Assembly: GCA_012517065.1 (NCBI GenBank) | Contig: JAAYVR010000194.1 | Location: 1,438-65,437, forward strand | Origin: Verrucomicrobiota bacterium | GTDB taxonomy: Bacteria; Verrucomicrobiota; Verrucomicrobiia; Limisphaerales; J093 | DNA length: 64,000 bases | Direction: 5' to 3' | In this document: positions 9,301 through 17,962 of the stretch, piece by piece | Layout: each line of letters opens with the position of its first letter | Numbering within the stretch: the first letter of the stretch is position 1 | Position numbers and translations under genes: made by a program | The notes under the pieces: generated by a model | The model's input: the letters and a program-made list of their open reading frames with translations, nothing else | Database searches by the model: none | What the model was told of the DNA's origin: nothing

Positions 9301-10694
9301 TGCAGCCGCCGGCTCGATGGGGCACATCGGAGGCCAGGGAGTTTGTCGCCAGTATCGGTTTCCCGGAAGAATACGCAGCCTCCGCCGAGGGGCGACGCGA
9401 ACCAGAGGAGTTTATCAGCGGGCCAATTGAGTTGCCGCCACTCCATGATTTCCAAGAGGAAGTTTTGCACGGAATCAGATCGCTGCTTGCGCAAGGACAA
9501 AGGCGACGGCGTGCTGTCATTAGTCTGCCGACCGGTGGTGGAAAGACACGGGTGACTGTGGAGGCGGCCGTCTTGCTAGTATTGAAGCCCGAAGCCGACC
9601 GGCGCAGCGTGCTTTGGATCGCGCAAACAGATGAGCTTTGCGAGCAGGCGGTGCAAGCATTCCGACAGGTGTGGATCAATCTTGGAGCGAAGGGGACAAA
9701 CTTGCGAATCATTAGGCTCTGGGGTGGAAACCCCAACCCGGTTTCTCATGAGCCCGGCAAGCCCGTCGTCGTGGTTGCATCCATTCAAACCTTCAACAGC
9801 CGGATGTGTGTTGGGGGACTGGAGTGGCTTCAAAAGCCCGGCTTGGTTGTTGTGGACGAGTGCCATCATGCCATCACACCAAGCTATACCAACCTGCTTC
9901 GATGGCTGGATGCGGAAGCACCAAGACACGGACAACTGCCGAAAGACGAGCCGCCCATTCTAGGCCTGAGCGCGACACCGTTCCGGACGGATGACGATGA
10001 GAGCCACCGCCTCGCTCAGCGGTTCGACAGACGCTGGCTTCCTGCGGACCAGGAGCACCTGCACAGGAGGTTGCTGGCTCAAGGAGTTTTGGCAAAAGTC
10101 GAAGCCGAGCCGCTCAATTCTGGGGTGGCCCCGCCGGCGGACCTCATCGAAACGCTGTTTTCGCTCTTGGATAAAGGCGAGGGGATTGATTTTGATCGGC
10201 GACTCGAAGAGCTGAATAAGTTGCTCGCCGGCAACAAGCAACGCAACGAGCGTCTGGTTGAGTGCATCAAGAAGGCTGGGGAAAAATCAATCCTCTTTTT
10301 TGCGAACTCGGTGTTGCATGCGGAGGAGATGTCCGCCCGGCTGAATATTGAGGGCATTCCAGCAGCCGCCGTCAGTGGAGACACGCCAACGGTCGCCCGC
10401 CGCTATTTTCTCGACCGCTTTCAAAGCGGTGAAATCCGCGTGCTATGCAATCACACGGTTCTCAGCACCGGGTTCGACGCGCCCAAGACGGACATGATTC
10501 TAATTGCTCGGCAGGTCTTCAGCCCGGTGCGCTACATGCAGATGGTGGGCCGCGGGTTGCGTGGTCCCAAGAATGGAGGTACTCCAACCTGCCGAATCGT
10601 TACCGTACTTGATAATCTGGGGCGTTTTGCGGGACGGCACCCTTACCATTACTGCCAGCGGTATTTCAACGCCATCGCCCAGAATGGTGCTTAG
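6360..10694 (+). CDS. Large SF2 (DExH, ResIII-like) helicase; C-terminal part of the sacsin-ATPase/helicase fusion
   Basis: Sacsin-type FFPT...LNAPWKLNSDR...WN segment. Helicase motifs PTGGGKT, DECHH, SAT, LSTGFDAP, QMVGRGLRG. Confidence 0.88.
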   Translation: MQKKFGVAEAPGLRLAWPIGESERVADPVLAGLAWAETVVRAEVKTAELKAHLRKEISSFPAEFLLFLPVSMILELDDGTKPQRVLRADPDGKEIILRAGTEQSRWRVIFREVKIKDGRARADATHIHARDKVPLAWAIPSEGKRDESGRFWAFFPTHTATYLPGILNAPWKLNSDRNAIVGGEWNTALMREAARLIVKTLPELSTSDDPGRLLDAFPRQLERKDEDATPLVEAIWEALESAAVLPDANGKLRPARKLCRYPRDNANLARHWQALADDAERAKLVHPSCMDRQRASRLNALAERLSAEETDAESVRTPTWVYSAAWINQEEPIEKKRGKLRRCNTTDWFAAVATASTKRALEVLKLAKAFAKDCKTDEWDRVRDTLAIIPAHNNGLLTAEKLVFAAPGIRVPDGRHPVARALSENAEAKRILTEVMEVKPLDDSVWETVLDEAFPRQYPWESPSDEKWRAFWSLLRSAPEKAQSGFASRNATRIRVRRRDGQWVSPSQVLLPGKLVSADDNSANKNVLVDPTMHGKDTELLKAIGATDSPDGTVDVHDFSELDDWLRHWRSHYSQHVNGRARWEYLEPSWLKLPNGWRFLPILSDAPNAELSARFLEQLGRGEFPATVKFGHSTVQSYPDIDVPHPLPWFVLKHGLAQVGNETVRLAAVVARRHEPALTKLPCWDRLNPTLERLQGAQPPVQATPAEIRALWHALIKLLATPEALADDSLRELWAGAAKDDVVPDALPGQSRKIPLSQVFVTESPDLARRARTNGRTVVTLDDHALQLWLKKGAQDLASLMSPHWTEQTGPEALLVSIVPELAEVMQTEVKKTARCQPVAGLKLNVAGQSEPVPCLMWGNSLLLDSVQLAARARADRLKCLLGEIAPAGWLKYEPEEALRILGDAQVDALRAKVVRGKTLAKRLLLAVGNRSEPLRQALGTLADMDFIKRCSALGLAELILAQLGPATLVTLREALEAEGLQPPARWGTSEAREFVASIGFPEEYAASAEGRREPEEFISGPIELPPLHDFQEEVLHGIRSLLAQGQRRRRAVISLPTGGGKTRVTVEAAVLLVLKPEADRRSVLWIAQTDELCEQAVQAFRQVWINLGAKGTNLRIIRLWGGNPNPVSHEPGKPVVVVASIQTFNSRMCVGGLEWLQKPGLVVVDECHHAITPSYTNLLRWLDAEAPRHGQLPKDEPPILGLSATPFRTDDDESHRLAQRFDRRWLPADQEHLHRRLLAQGVLAKVEAEPLNSGVAPPADLIETLFSLLDKGEGIDFDRRLEELNKLLAGNKQRNERLVECIKKAGEKSILFFANSVLHAEEMSARLNIEGIPAAAVSGDTPTVARRYFLDRFQSGEIRVLCNHTVLSTGFDAPKTDMILIARQVFSPVRYMQMVGRGLRGPKNGGTPTCRIVTVLDNLGRFAGRHPYHYCQRYFNAIAQNGA

Positions 10695-11124
10695 TCTAAG
10701 CTCTGCGACTTCGGTATATCGCAATACTTTGTTTCGGCTTCTTCGGCAGTGTCAGTCGAATTCTAGGTCGGAAGTCGCCGCTAAGTTAGGCAGAAATAGC
10801 ATCGATTTCCAAGCTCTTGCTGGATCGTTCGTGCCTCATCCAATCCCCAGTTTAGTGTCTTGCAGCTCTGAAGCCCGCCCGCTGCCCCAACACCACAGTC
10901 CCGTTTGCACACAGCTCTCACCGCAGCGCCTGCTTCAGAAATCCCAAGCGCCCATTCACATGGCACGCCCGCAATTGGCAATCGCCTCGAAACCAATGCC
11001 CCCTTGGGGAAACAGCAAAAGAAACGTGCCCGGGACGCCAAGGAGGAGGCTTCAAATCCTTGCGCGGGCCGGTGGAGCAGGCGCCGAGCTCGCGAGGCGC
11101 CTGCGGCCCGCGCCAAACTCCCCC

Positions 11125-11325
11125 TCACCAGCACGCTACCCGCGACTTCCCAGCCACAAAATACAGCATCGCCAGCAAATTCCTTATCTCGGTCTCCTCA
11201 ACGCATATTACAAACGTCTCAGTCTCCTGCTCGTGCTAAGCCCGGATCACCTGCCAGCTCTCACCAAATCCCAACAACCGCTCAAATGTCTCTTCTGGTC
11301 TAACGATGCCCGCCACCTGGTTCAT
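11125..11325 (-). pseudogene. Internally deleted ISL3-family transposase remnant
   Basis: Minus-strand translation MNQVAGIVRPEETFERLLGFGESWQVIRA*HEQETETFVICVEET-EIRNLLAMLYFVAGKSRVACW*. ISL3-like N-terminus is joined to the ISL3-like C-terminal 'N L.AM.YFVAGK' motif; internal TAG at 11236-11238. Confidence 0.7.
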
Positions 11326-11450
11326 ACCATCGCCCTCCATCTTGCACTGAAAATGCCGAGGAACCAGCACTTGTCAGCTAACTTCTAGTTTAGCCGGTAG
11401 CCTATGGGCTCTTAAACGCACTTGATGTTCGGCCTGAGATTGACACACTG

Positions 11451-12791
11451 GTGACCATGCCAAGCTACGGTTTAGCGCCCCTGTTAACCGAAAAGGATGA
11501 GAGCGAATCGAGTGAAGGCGGCCTTGATCCGCTGGGCACGGAACCGCTGGCCGACCGCCTCGCCAACAAGCTTGCGCCGGGCGTTCGGGAGCGCCAGCAG
11601 CATCCACGCTTTCTCACGACCATCGCTGTCTCTCTATCGCTGTGCGCCGAGTTCGGCGAGGAAACTGTCGCCCGCGACGGTATTACTGAGCCGTGGCTGG
11701 TTTTTGAGTGGCACGTGGTGCATGGACTGGTATTGCTGGGCAGCCAGCAGAAAGTTGATCTGCGGGGGCTGCCGGGGCGGTTGAAGGCCGAACAGGCCCT
11801 CAAAGAAGGCGTGCCCCTTTCGCCGAAGAGCTACCTCAAGACGCCGTCCATCTTCGGTTTTCACGGTGTTTACCGCGTGTTGGCGGAGACGCTCGGTATT
11901 GAGCGCGACGGATTCTTGGGTGAGCAAGGCTATGAGTTGCTGATGCTTTGGAGCCGGGAGCAGGGTCTTGACGGTTTCGCCGGTACTTGCAACGGTTCTG
12001 GCCCAAACTTGCGCGAGCAACTGCTCGAGGCTCTGCGCGACGGCCTGGCCCGGTGTGCGGTCGCTCGCACGAACGGCTGGGCTGGCTGGCGGTTCTTCGT
12101 TAACCATCTCGCGCACCGTAATGCGGGGCCAAAGGAAAGGAAATTTCTCACCAGATTGTTGCTTGAAGATGGGGAGGGATTCCGCGGTGAAGTCCTCAGG
12201 TTTCTGGTCTCGCCAGCCGGCCAACGTGTTTGGCGCAGAGAAATGGATTCCGACCGCTGGTCCGAGCGGGCTTTTCACAGGGCACTACTCGATCGCGCCA
12301 GCCCGGAATTGCGCCGTCTGTTGCAGGCCATTGACGCTTACGAGCGGTTTGCTCGCTTGATCCAAAATGCGTTTGACGAGTGCCTATACGAAATGACCCG
12401 CCGCCGGGGGTATGTTTCAGCCCTTGAGTTGAGCCGACTGGACGCAGTCAAACAAGCTGGTCGCGCAGCACCAACTGCGCTGCGGGAAGCAGCAGAGCGA
12501 TTGGAGCCATTCGGCTTGGCGTTGCAATTCCAGCAGTTGTTCGGTGCATTGGGTGAAGGCGGCACTACCAGTCAGTGGGTTGAGCAATTAATGGCGCACC
12601 ACCTTGAAACGCAGCGCAACAAACCCCCGAATGGCAAGCTGCCGTGGTTCGAAGGCGACGAGCGCGGTTACATCATCCGTCCGCTCTACCGCCGCGATGA
12701 ACCGGCTGGCTGTGACAACGACTACGTTCACCTTTTCCGCACGCGCTCTCTCTGGTCTTTTGCTTCGGACCTCAAAATGTTCAAAGGATGA
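11451..12791 (+). CDS. Hypothetical protein with N-terminal DPLG motif (DUF6361-like); gene 1 of a putative defence operon (alternative ATG 11457)
   Basis: 446-aa ORF with GGLDPLG...LAPGVRERQQHPRFLT and FGFHGVYR; stop overlaps the next start (ATGA 12788-12791). Confidence 0.8.
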   Translation: MTMPSYGLAPLLTEKDESESSEGGLDPLGTEPLADRLANKLAPGVRERQQHPRFLTTIAVSLSLCAEFGEETVARDGITEPWLVFEWHVVHGLVLLGSQQKVDLRGLPGRLKAEQALKEGVPLSPKSYLKTPSIFGFHGVYRVLAETLGIERDGFLGEQGYELLMLWSREQGLDGFAGTCNGSGPNLREQLLEALRDGLARCAVARTNGWAGWRFFVNHLAHRNAGPKERKFLTRLLLEDGEGFRGEVLRFLVSPAGQRVWRREMDSDRWSERAFHRALLDRASPELRRLLQAIDAYERFARLIQNAFDECLYEMTRRRGYVSALELSRLDAVKQAGRAAPTALREAAERLEPFGLALQFQQLFGALGEGGTTSQWVEQLMAHHLETQRNKPPNGKLPWFEGDERGYIIRPLYRRDEPAGCDNDYVHLFRTRSLWSFASDLKMFKG

Positions 12792-14845
12792 GCAAGTGCA
12801 ACATCACCAAACCAGGCCATGCTCGGATTCTGGAAGCATGGGAACCGCCCGATGACGCGGGTGAACCGTTGGGCTGCGTGGCGACCACTTTCACCTTTGA
12901 TGCCGCCTTTTTCGAGGAGGAATGCCTGTCCCGCTTTCTCTCACTTGAAACTGCGCCGGAGGATGGGGCGGCTTACCTGGTCGAACGTGAAGAAAAGCTG
13001 GGACAACTGGTGTGCGCTGCCGTGTTGGTGGACCAACACCATGCCCGGGGCATGCGCAACCTGCGCTGGGACTTGCTGGCGGCACGAGTGCCGGGCGCGA
13101 TTCTCCACGCCAAGGTGTCGTTGCTACTGTGGAGTAGTTACGCCCGACTTATCGTGGCATCGGCCAATCTCACCGAGCCTGGCTACCGGCGGAATCACGA
13201 GGTGTTCGGCGTGCTGGACTATTACCCGGGCGGTAACGCCCCGCTCTCGGTGTTGGCGGACATGGTGGAGTTCCTGCGAAAGGCGGCCGCATTTGCCGGT
13301 GCGCAGGGCACCCCGCCCGGACCGGCATTGCGGCGTTGGAACGGCTTTCTCGACCGCGTCCTCAAGGCCAGCCGCAGTTGGGGTACACGCAACCCGCCAC
13401 GGGGCTTTGCCCGACCGCGTGTGTTCGCAGTGACGACCGCCCCGGGCCGACCGAGTGTATTCAAACAGTTGCGCGACATTTGGCCAACAAGCTCGCCGCC
13501 ATCCGAAGCCTTCGTCGTCAGCCCGTTTTTCGATCCGCCCGACGTTCCAAACAGACCGACCCAGGAACTGTGGCGGATGCTTCGTCGGCTAGGCGAAACA
13601 TTTGTTCAGTTTGAAGTTACTGGTGAAGAAATGCCAAGCGGCGGTCTCCTGCTCCACGCACCCGAGAGCTTGCGCAAAGCCCAGCCGTCCGACCGTGCCG
13701 AAGCCGAAACCAAGTTTCGCAAGCTCAAACTCGAGACCGGCCGCCCCCTCCACGCGAAGTGCCTGCGGCTGCAAAATGGCGAATGGGCACTCTATCTGAT
13801 AGGCTCGAGCAACTTCACCGCCGATGGACTTGGCTTGGGCAAGAGTCCCAATCTCGAAGTCAATCTCGCCTACGCTGTCTGCCACGTCCGCAATCGGAAA
13901 GCGGCACGAGCCTTGGAGCAGGCCCGGCTCGACAGCGAGGAGGTGAGAGGCATGCGGCGCTTCCTGTCCGAACCCTTGGACGATCGGGAAGACGCCCCAA
14001 TGGAAGGCGACATTTTGCTGCCCGCGGCTTTCGGCGAGGCCGTCTTCAGCAAGGATGAACAAGGCTCCTCGTTCGTAGAACTGACATTTCCAAGTCGCCC
14101 GCCCCACGGTTGGAAACTGGTGCTGGAAGACAAGGACGAGGTCTTTTTGAACGAGTCCACATGGCAGACAAAAGGCTCGCCCAACCGCGTGCAGTTACCT
14201 TGGCGCTTCGAACGCCCACCCTCGGCTTTCCGAGTCGCATGGCGCGGGACAAAGGGCTACGTTTGGTGGCCGGTCAACGCGCGCGATGCCTCTGTGTTGC
14301 CGCCCCCGGATGAACTGCGCGCGCTTTCGCTAGATGACCTCATTCAGATTCTCAGCTCCGCGCGACCGCTTCACCAAGTGTTGCGCCGCTGGCTGCGCCG
14401 CCGCAAAGCTGGAAAACCCGATGGGCAAACCCCGCACTTAAATCCACACCGCCGCGTGGACACCTCCGCGTTCCTGCTCCAGCGAACACGTCGCCTTTCT
14501 TGGGCATTGGCCGCACTGCGCGAGCGATTGTCGCAACCCGTGCCGTCACGCGAGGCACTCGATTGGCGGCTGCGGGGACCTTGTGGTGTAATGGCACTGG
14601 TCGATGCGGTGTTGGCCGAAGAGCGACCCGGCCCGGAAAAGGCGTTCCAACTTACGGAAATCGCTGTTGAATTGGCGCGAGTTGAGCCGCGTCACGCCCC
14701 CGGTTGTATGCCGCGACCGCAGGTCCGGGCGGCCTTGCGCGAATGCATTCGGGAAATCCAGCAGAAGGTGCCGCGAACTGAGCTTGCGGAGTTACCCCAA
14801 ATGAAACGGTACTTGAAACGGGCATTCCGGGAGGCAAGAACATGA
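12788..14845 (+). CDS. Phospholipase D-superfamily (putative nuclease) protein; gene 2 of operon
   Basis: Two HxK...S(A/S)N motifs: HAKVSLLLWSSYARLIVASANLT and HAKCLRLQNGEWALYLIGSSNFT; ATTFTFD N-terminal motif; ATGA overlaps at both ends. Confidence 0.85.
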   Translation: MSKCNITKPGHARILEAWEPPDDAGEPLGCVATTFTFDAAFFEEECLSRFLSLETAPEDGAAYLVEREEKLGQLVCAAVLVDQHHARGMRNLRWDLLAARVPGAILHAKVSLLLWSSYARLIVASANLTEPGYRRNHEVFGVLDYYPGGNAPLSVLADMVEFLRKAAAFAGAQGTPPGPALRRWNGFLDRVLKASRSWGTRNPPRGFARPRVFAVTTAPGRPSVFKQLRDIWPTSSPPSEAFVVSPFFDPPDVPNRPTQELWRMLRRLGETFVQFEVTGEEMPSGGLLLHAPESLRKAQPSDRAEAETKFRKLKLETGRPLHAKCLRLQNGEWALYLIGSSNFTADGLGLGKSPNLEVNLAYAVCHVRNRKAARALEQARLDSEEVRGMRRFLSEPLDDREDAPMEGDILLPAAFGEAVFSKDEQGSSFVELTFPSRPPHGWKLVLEDKDEVFLNESTWQTKGSPNRVQLPWRFERPPSAFRVAWRGTKGYVWWPVNARDASVLPPPDELRALSLDDLIQILSSARPLHQVLRRWLRRRKAGKPDGQTPHLNPHRRVDTSAFLLQRTRRLSWALAALRERLSQPVPSREALDWRLRGPCGVMALVDAVLAEERPGPEKAFQLTEIAVELARVEPRHAPGCMPRPQVRAALRECIREIQQKVPRTELAELPQMKRYLKRAFREART

Positions 14846-17679
14846 ATCCGTGGCATCCATTCGCGCGGCAGATCAAACTGCACGTGCCAAGACGCATCTC
14901 ATCGGAAGACGCCCGGCGGCAAGAGAAGACCGCCCAGGAAATCCTTCGCCGCCTAGCAGAGCAACCGGGCGTAGTGCTCGCGGACGAGGTCGGCATGGGC
15001 AAAACATTTGTGGCACTGGCTGTGGCTGCGTCGGTGGCGCTGTCGGACAAGCGGCGTCGCCCGGTGGTGGTGATGGTGCCGCCATCGCTCAAAGAGAAAT
15101 GGCCACGCGATTTCAATGTGTTTCGCCACGAGTGCCTGCCGACCCATGTTGCCCGAAACCTGACTGCTGCTTCTGCCGAGCGTGGGGTTGACTTTCTGAA
15201 GTTGCTCGATGATCCGCCGTCGCGGCGCAAGTCTATCATCTTCCTGACGCACGGCGCGCTCCACCGTGGCTTGGGCCGCGGTTTGTCAGGCGGCTGGGTG
15301 AAACTGGCTTTGATCAAGCGGGCAATTCACAGGCGCAAGAACTTGGGTTGGTTGAAACAGGTATTGCATCGGCGTCTGGGGGATGTGCTGGAAATGGGTG
15401 CCATCCAGTGGCGGCATCCAGAGCTTTGGGAAGACCTTCTCGGAGCGCAGTATAAGGACTGGCTCGATATCCTACACGACCACGGTATTGACCCTGAGGG
15501 TGACGATGACCGCAGAACGGATGATGATCCGGTGCCCGAGGCGGTGGTGCGCGTCTTGGAGCGGTTTGACACTACCCGGCTGGAAAACGTACTGGAGGCA
15601 CTCCACAATATTCCCGTCCGTGACTCGGCCAACTATCCGGAGCGGTTGGCCGAAGCCCGACAATGGCTCAACGATGCCTTGGCCGAACTGTGGCACGAGT
15701 GCCTGAGGAATCTGCGCTTGCGTCTGCCACTTCTCATTCTTGACGAAGCGCACCATCTCAAGAATGCCCAAACGCGGCTGGCATCCCTTTTCCAAGTGCC
15801 CGATGCCGCAGCAGACGCCGACGAAATCGCGGCACGTGGCCCGCTCGGCGGTGTGTTCGAGCGGATGCTGTTCCTGACAGCCACGCCTTTTCAGCTTGGC
15901 CACGAGGAGCTTTGCAGCGTGCTGGAACGGTTTGACGGCATTTGCTGGCGGGAGAATTGCTCGCCGCACGCAGGCCGGGAAACCTTCAAGAAGCAGATGA
16001 CAGAATTGCGCCAGCGACTGGACGCCGCGCAGGAAGCCGCGCTCTGCTTTGACGCCGCCTGGGGCAAGCTCACTGCGGCAGACCTCGTGGCGGGCAAGCA
16101 ACGCTTCGACGATGTGGAAGCGTGGTGGTCGGAGGTCCAGCAGGCTCCTCCGGCTTCGCCGACGGCGGCCAACGTCCTGGATTGCCATCGTCGTGCGGAA
16201 AAAGCGCTGCGGGCCGCTGAAGAAGTGCTCAGGTCCTGGGTCATCCGACACCACCGGCCGCGTGAACTCACGGGAAAGTTTGCAGGGCGAAAGCGCCGGC
16301 AACGCCTGCCCGGGCGCTCGATTCTCGATGAGGAAGGCCATGTCACCGAAGCGGGCATGGAGATACCCGAAGACGCATTGCTGCCTTTCCTCCTGGCAGC
16401 GCGGGCCACGGCCTGCATGGCAGAGTCGAGACCGGTCTTTGCGGAGGGGCTGGCCTCCAGCTACGAAACGTTCCGTTACACCCGCCAACACAATGCGGGG
16501 TTGGACGCCGACTCGCAGTTGTTGGATGAGGTCAAAATCACGCACGCGGCGGAGTGGTATCTGACCCAGCTCGAAAAGGTTATTCCGCTGCGCGGAGCAC
16601 GGGCTTCATTTGAGCATCCCAAAGTCCGGGCCACAGCCGAGCGCGTGCTGCGGGCGTGGCAGCAGGGCGAAAAGGTTCTCGTATTCTGCCACTTCATCCA
16701 GACGGGCCGCGCTCTGCGGCGTGTGATCTCGGCCCGGTTGCACGAGGCCATCCTCCAAGAAGCCGCGCAGAAACTGCGTTGCTCGCCCAAGCACGCGGCT
16801 CAGCATCTTCAACGGATGGGCCGCCGGTTCTTCGACTTGGATTCTCCGGTGCGGCGCGCGTGCGAACAGGAAATCAGCGAACTGTTGAAGCGCTATCCAC
16901 GGCTGAAGCGGCACGCCTCGAAGCTGCGCGAGATTCTGCGCCGCTACATGCGCACCCCGGCATTTCTGGTCCGCTTTGCACCCCTGACACGGCGCGGCTT
17001 GAAGCCCAAAGGCATTCGAGATGCCTTTCGCAGCGGCGCAGGGTTGGAGTCCGTTTGTCGGGTGTTTCTCGATTTTCTGCAGGAACGGTGCACTCCAGAA
17101 GAGCAGACCGCCTACGTGGACGCGCTCCTCCACATTCAAATCGGCGAGATGGCTGGCCGGAAAGCCCGCCAGAGTTTCGCGGCGGATGAGCTCGCCGGCC
17201 AGAAACGAGGCGAGTTGCTGCTACCGAACGTGCGGTTGGTGAATGGGACCACCAATCCTGAGACTCGTCAGCGGCTGATGCTTGCCTTCAACAGCCCGTT
17301 CTTCCCGGAGATTCTCATCACGAGCAATGTGCTGGCTGAAGGCGTGGACCTACACCGCTGTTGCCGGGTGGTGATACACCACGACCTTGACTGGAATCCG
17401 AGCGTCGTCGAGCAGCGCACCGGGCGGGTGGACCGGATCGGGGCGAAGGTGGAATGGGCAATGGATGGCCAGCCCATCCGCGTCTATCTGCCATACCTGG
17501 CCGAGACGCAGGATGAAAAGATATACCGCGTGGTTATGGACCGGGAGCGGTGGTTTAGTGTTGTCATGGGCGAAAAGTTCCAGGTGGATGCCCGCACCAC
17601 CGACAAGCTGGCTCAACGCGTGCCGTTACCCGAAAGCGTGGCCAAGAACCTGGCTTTCCGGCTGGAGGTTGTGAGGTAA
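14842..17679 (+). CDS. SNF2-like SF2 helicase; gene 3 of operon
   Basis: LADEVGMGKT, DEAHH, LTATPFQL, EGVDLH, HHDLDWNPSVVEQRTGRVDRIG. Confidence 0.9.
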   Translation: MNPWHPFARQIKLHVPRRISSEDARRQEKTAQEILRRLAEQPGVVLADEVGMGKTFVALAVAASVALSDKRRRPVVVMVPPSLKEKWPRDFNVFRHECLPTHVARNLTAASAERGVDFLKLLDDPPSRRKSIIFLTHGALHRGLGRGLSGGWVKLALIKRAIHRRKNLGWLKQVLHRRLGDVLEMGAIQWRHPELWEDLLGAQYKDWLDILHDHGIDPEGDDDRRTDDDPVPEAVVRVLERFDTTRLENVLEALHNIPVRDSANYPERLAEARQWLNDALAELWHECLRNLRLRLPLLILDEAHHLKNAQTRLASLFQVPDAAADADEIAARGPLGGVFERMLFLTATPFQLGHEELCSVLERFDGICWRENCSPHAGRETFKKQMTELRQRLDAAQEAALCFDAAWGKLTAADLVAGKQRFDDVEAWWSEVQQAPPASPTAANVLDCHRRAEKALRAAEEVLRSWVIRHHRPRELTGKFAGRKRRQRLPGRSILDEEGHVTEAGMEIPEDALLPFLLAARATACMAESRPVFAEGLASSYETFRYTRQHNAGLDADSQLLDEVKITHAAEWYLTQLEKVIPLRGARASFEHPKVRATAERVLRAWQQGEKVLVFCHFIQTGRALRRVISARLHEAILQEAAQKLRCSPKHAAQHLQRMGRRFFDLDSPVRRACEQEISELLKRYPRLKRHASKLREILRRYMRTPAFLVRFAPLTRRGLKPKGIRDAFRSGAGLESVCRVFLDFLQERCTPEEQTAYVDALLHIQIGEMAGRKARQSFAADELAGQKRGELLLPNVRLVNGTTNPETRQRLMLAFNSPFFPEILITSNVLAEGVDLHRCCRVVIHHDLDWNPSVVEQRTGRVDRIGAKVEWAMDGQPIRVYLPYLAETQDEKIYRVVMDRERWFSVVMGEKFQVDARTTDKLAQRVPLPESVAKNLAFRLEVVR

Positions 17680-17711
17680 CACCAAATCCTTGGAATGATC
17701 ATATTAAAAGA

Positions 17712-17765
17712 AGCACCACTCCAGCCACGTCGCGCTGGCTCAACCGCGCGGTGCTGGGCATCGGA
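17712..17765 (+). pseudogene. Stub resembling the N-terminus of an MFS transporter
   Basis: Translates STTPATSRWLNRAVLGIG, similar to the 'RWLNRTVLGIGLASL' start of an MFS family; no start codon and no continuation. Confidence 0.35.
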
Positions 17766-17791
17766 CCAGCCTGGTTAGAACGAAGCTGCGG

Positions 17792-17962
17792 GTGTTGACA
17801 TTCGAGGAGGCGGAACGGGAAGACCGTCTGTACTGGCAGAGTCGCTCGCCGTTGGAACGGCTGCGTCACATCGAGGTGCTGCGCGAATTGAACTATGGAC
17901 CCGAAGTCATTAACCAAGGACTTCAGAGAGTTCTTGCAGTGTCTGAACGCGCGCGGGGTTGA
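17792..17962 (+). CDS. Small protein (~56 aa), partner of the downstream nucleotidyltransferase; 5' end possibly eroded; absent from ORF track
   Basis: VLTFEEAEREDRLYWQSRSPLERLRHIEVLRELNYGPEVINQGLQRVLAVSERARG*; overlaps the start of the NTase gene. Confidence 0.6.
   Translation: MLTFEEAEREDRLYWQSRSPLERLRHIEVLRELNYGPEVINQGLQRVLAVSERARG

Noticed and set aside
10504..11388. 294-aa and 132-aa plus-strand ORFs in the inter-module gap
   Set aside because: They overlap the helicase out of frame and/or lie antisense to the ISL3 remnant.
11298..11432. Second attC-like site (GTCTAAC...GTTCGGC)
   Set aside because: The left core lies within the ISL3 coding remnant and the interior shows no convincing dyad.
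12788..17679. DISARM (DrmC PLD + DrmD SNF2) or type III R-M assignment
   Set aside because: No methyltransferase or DUF1998 gene is present, and the PLD is much larger than DrmC.
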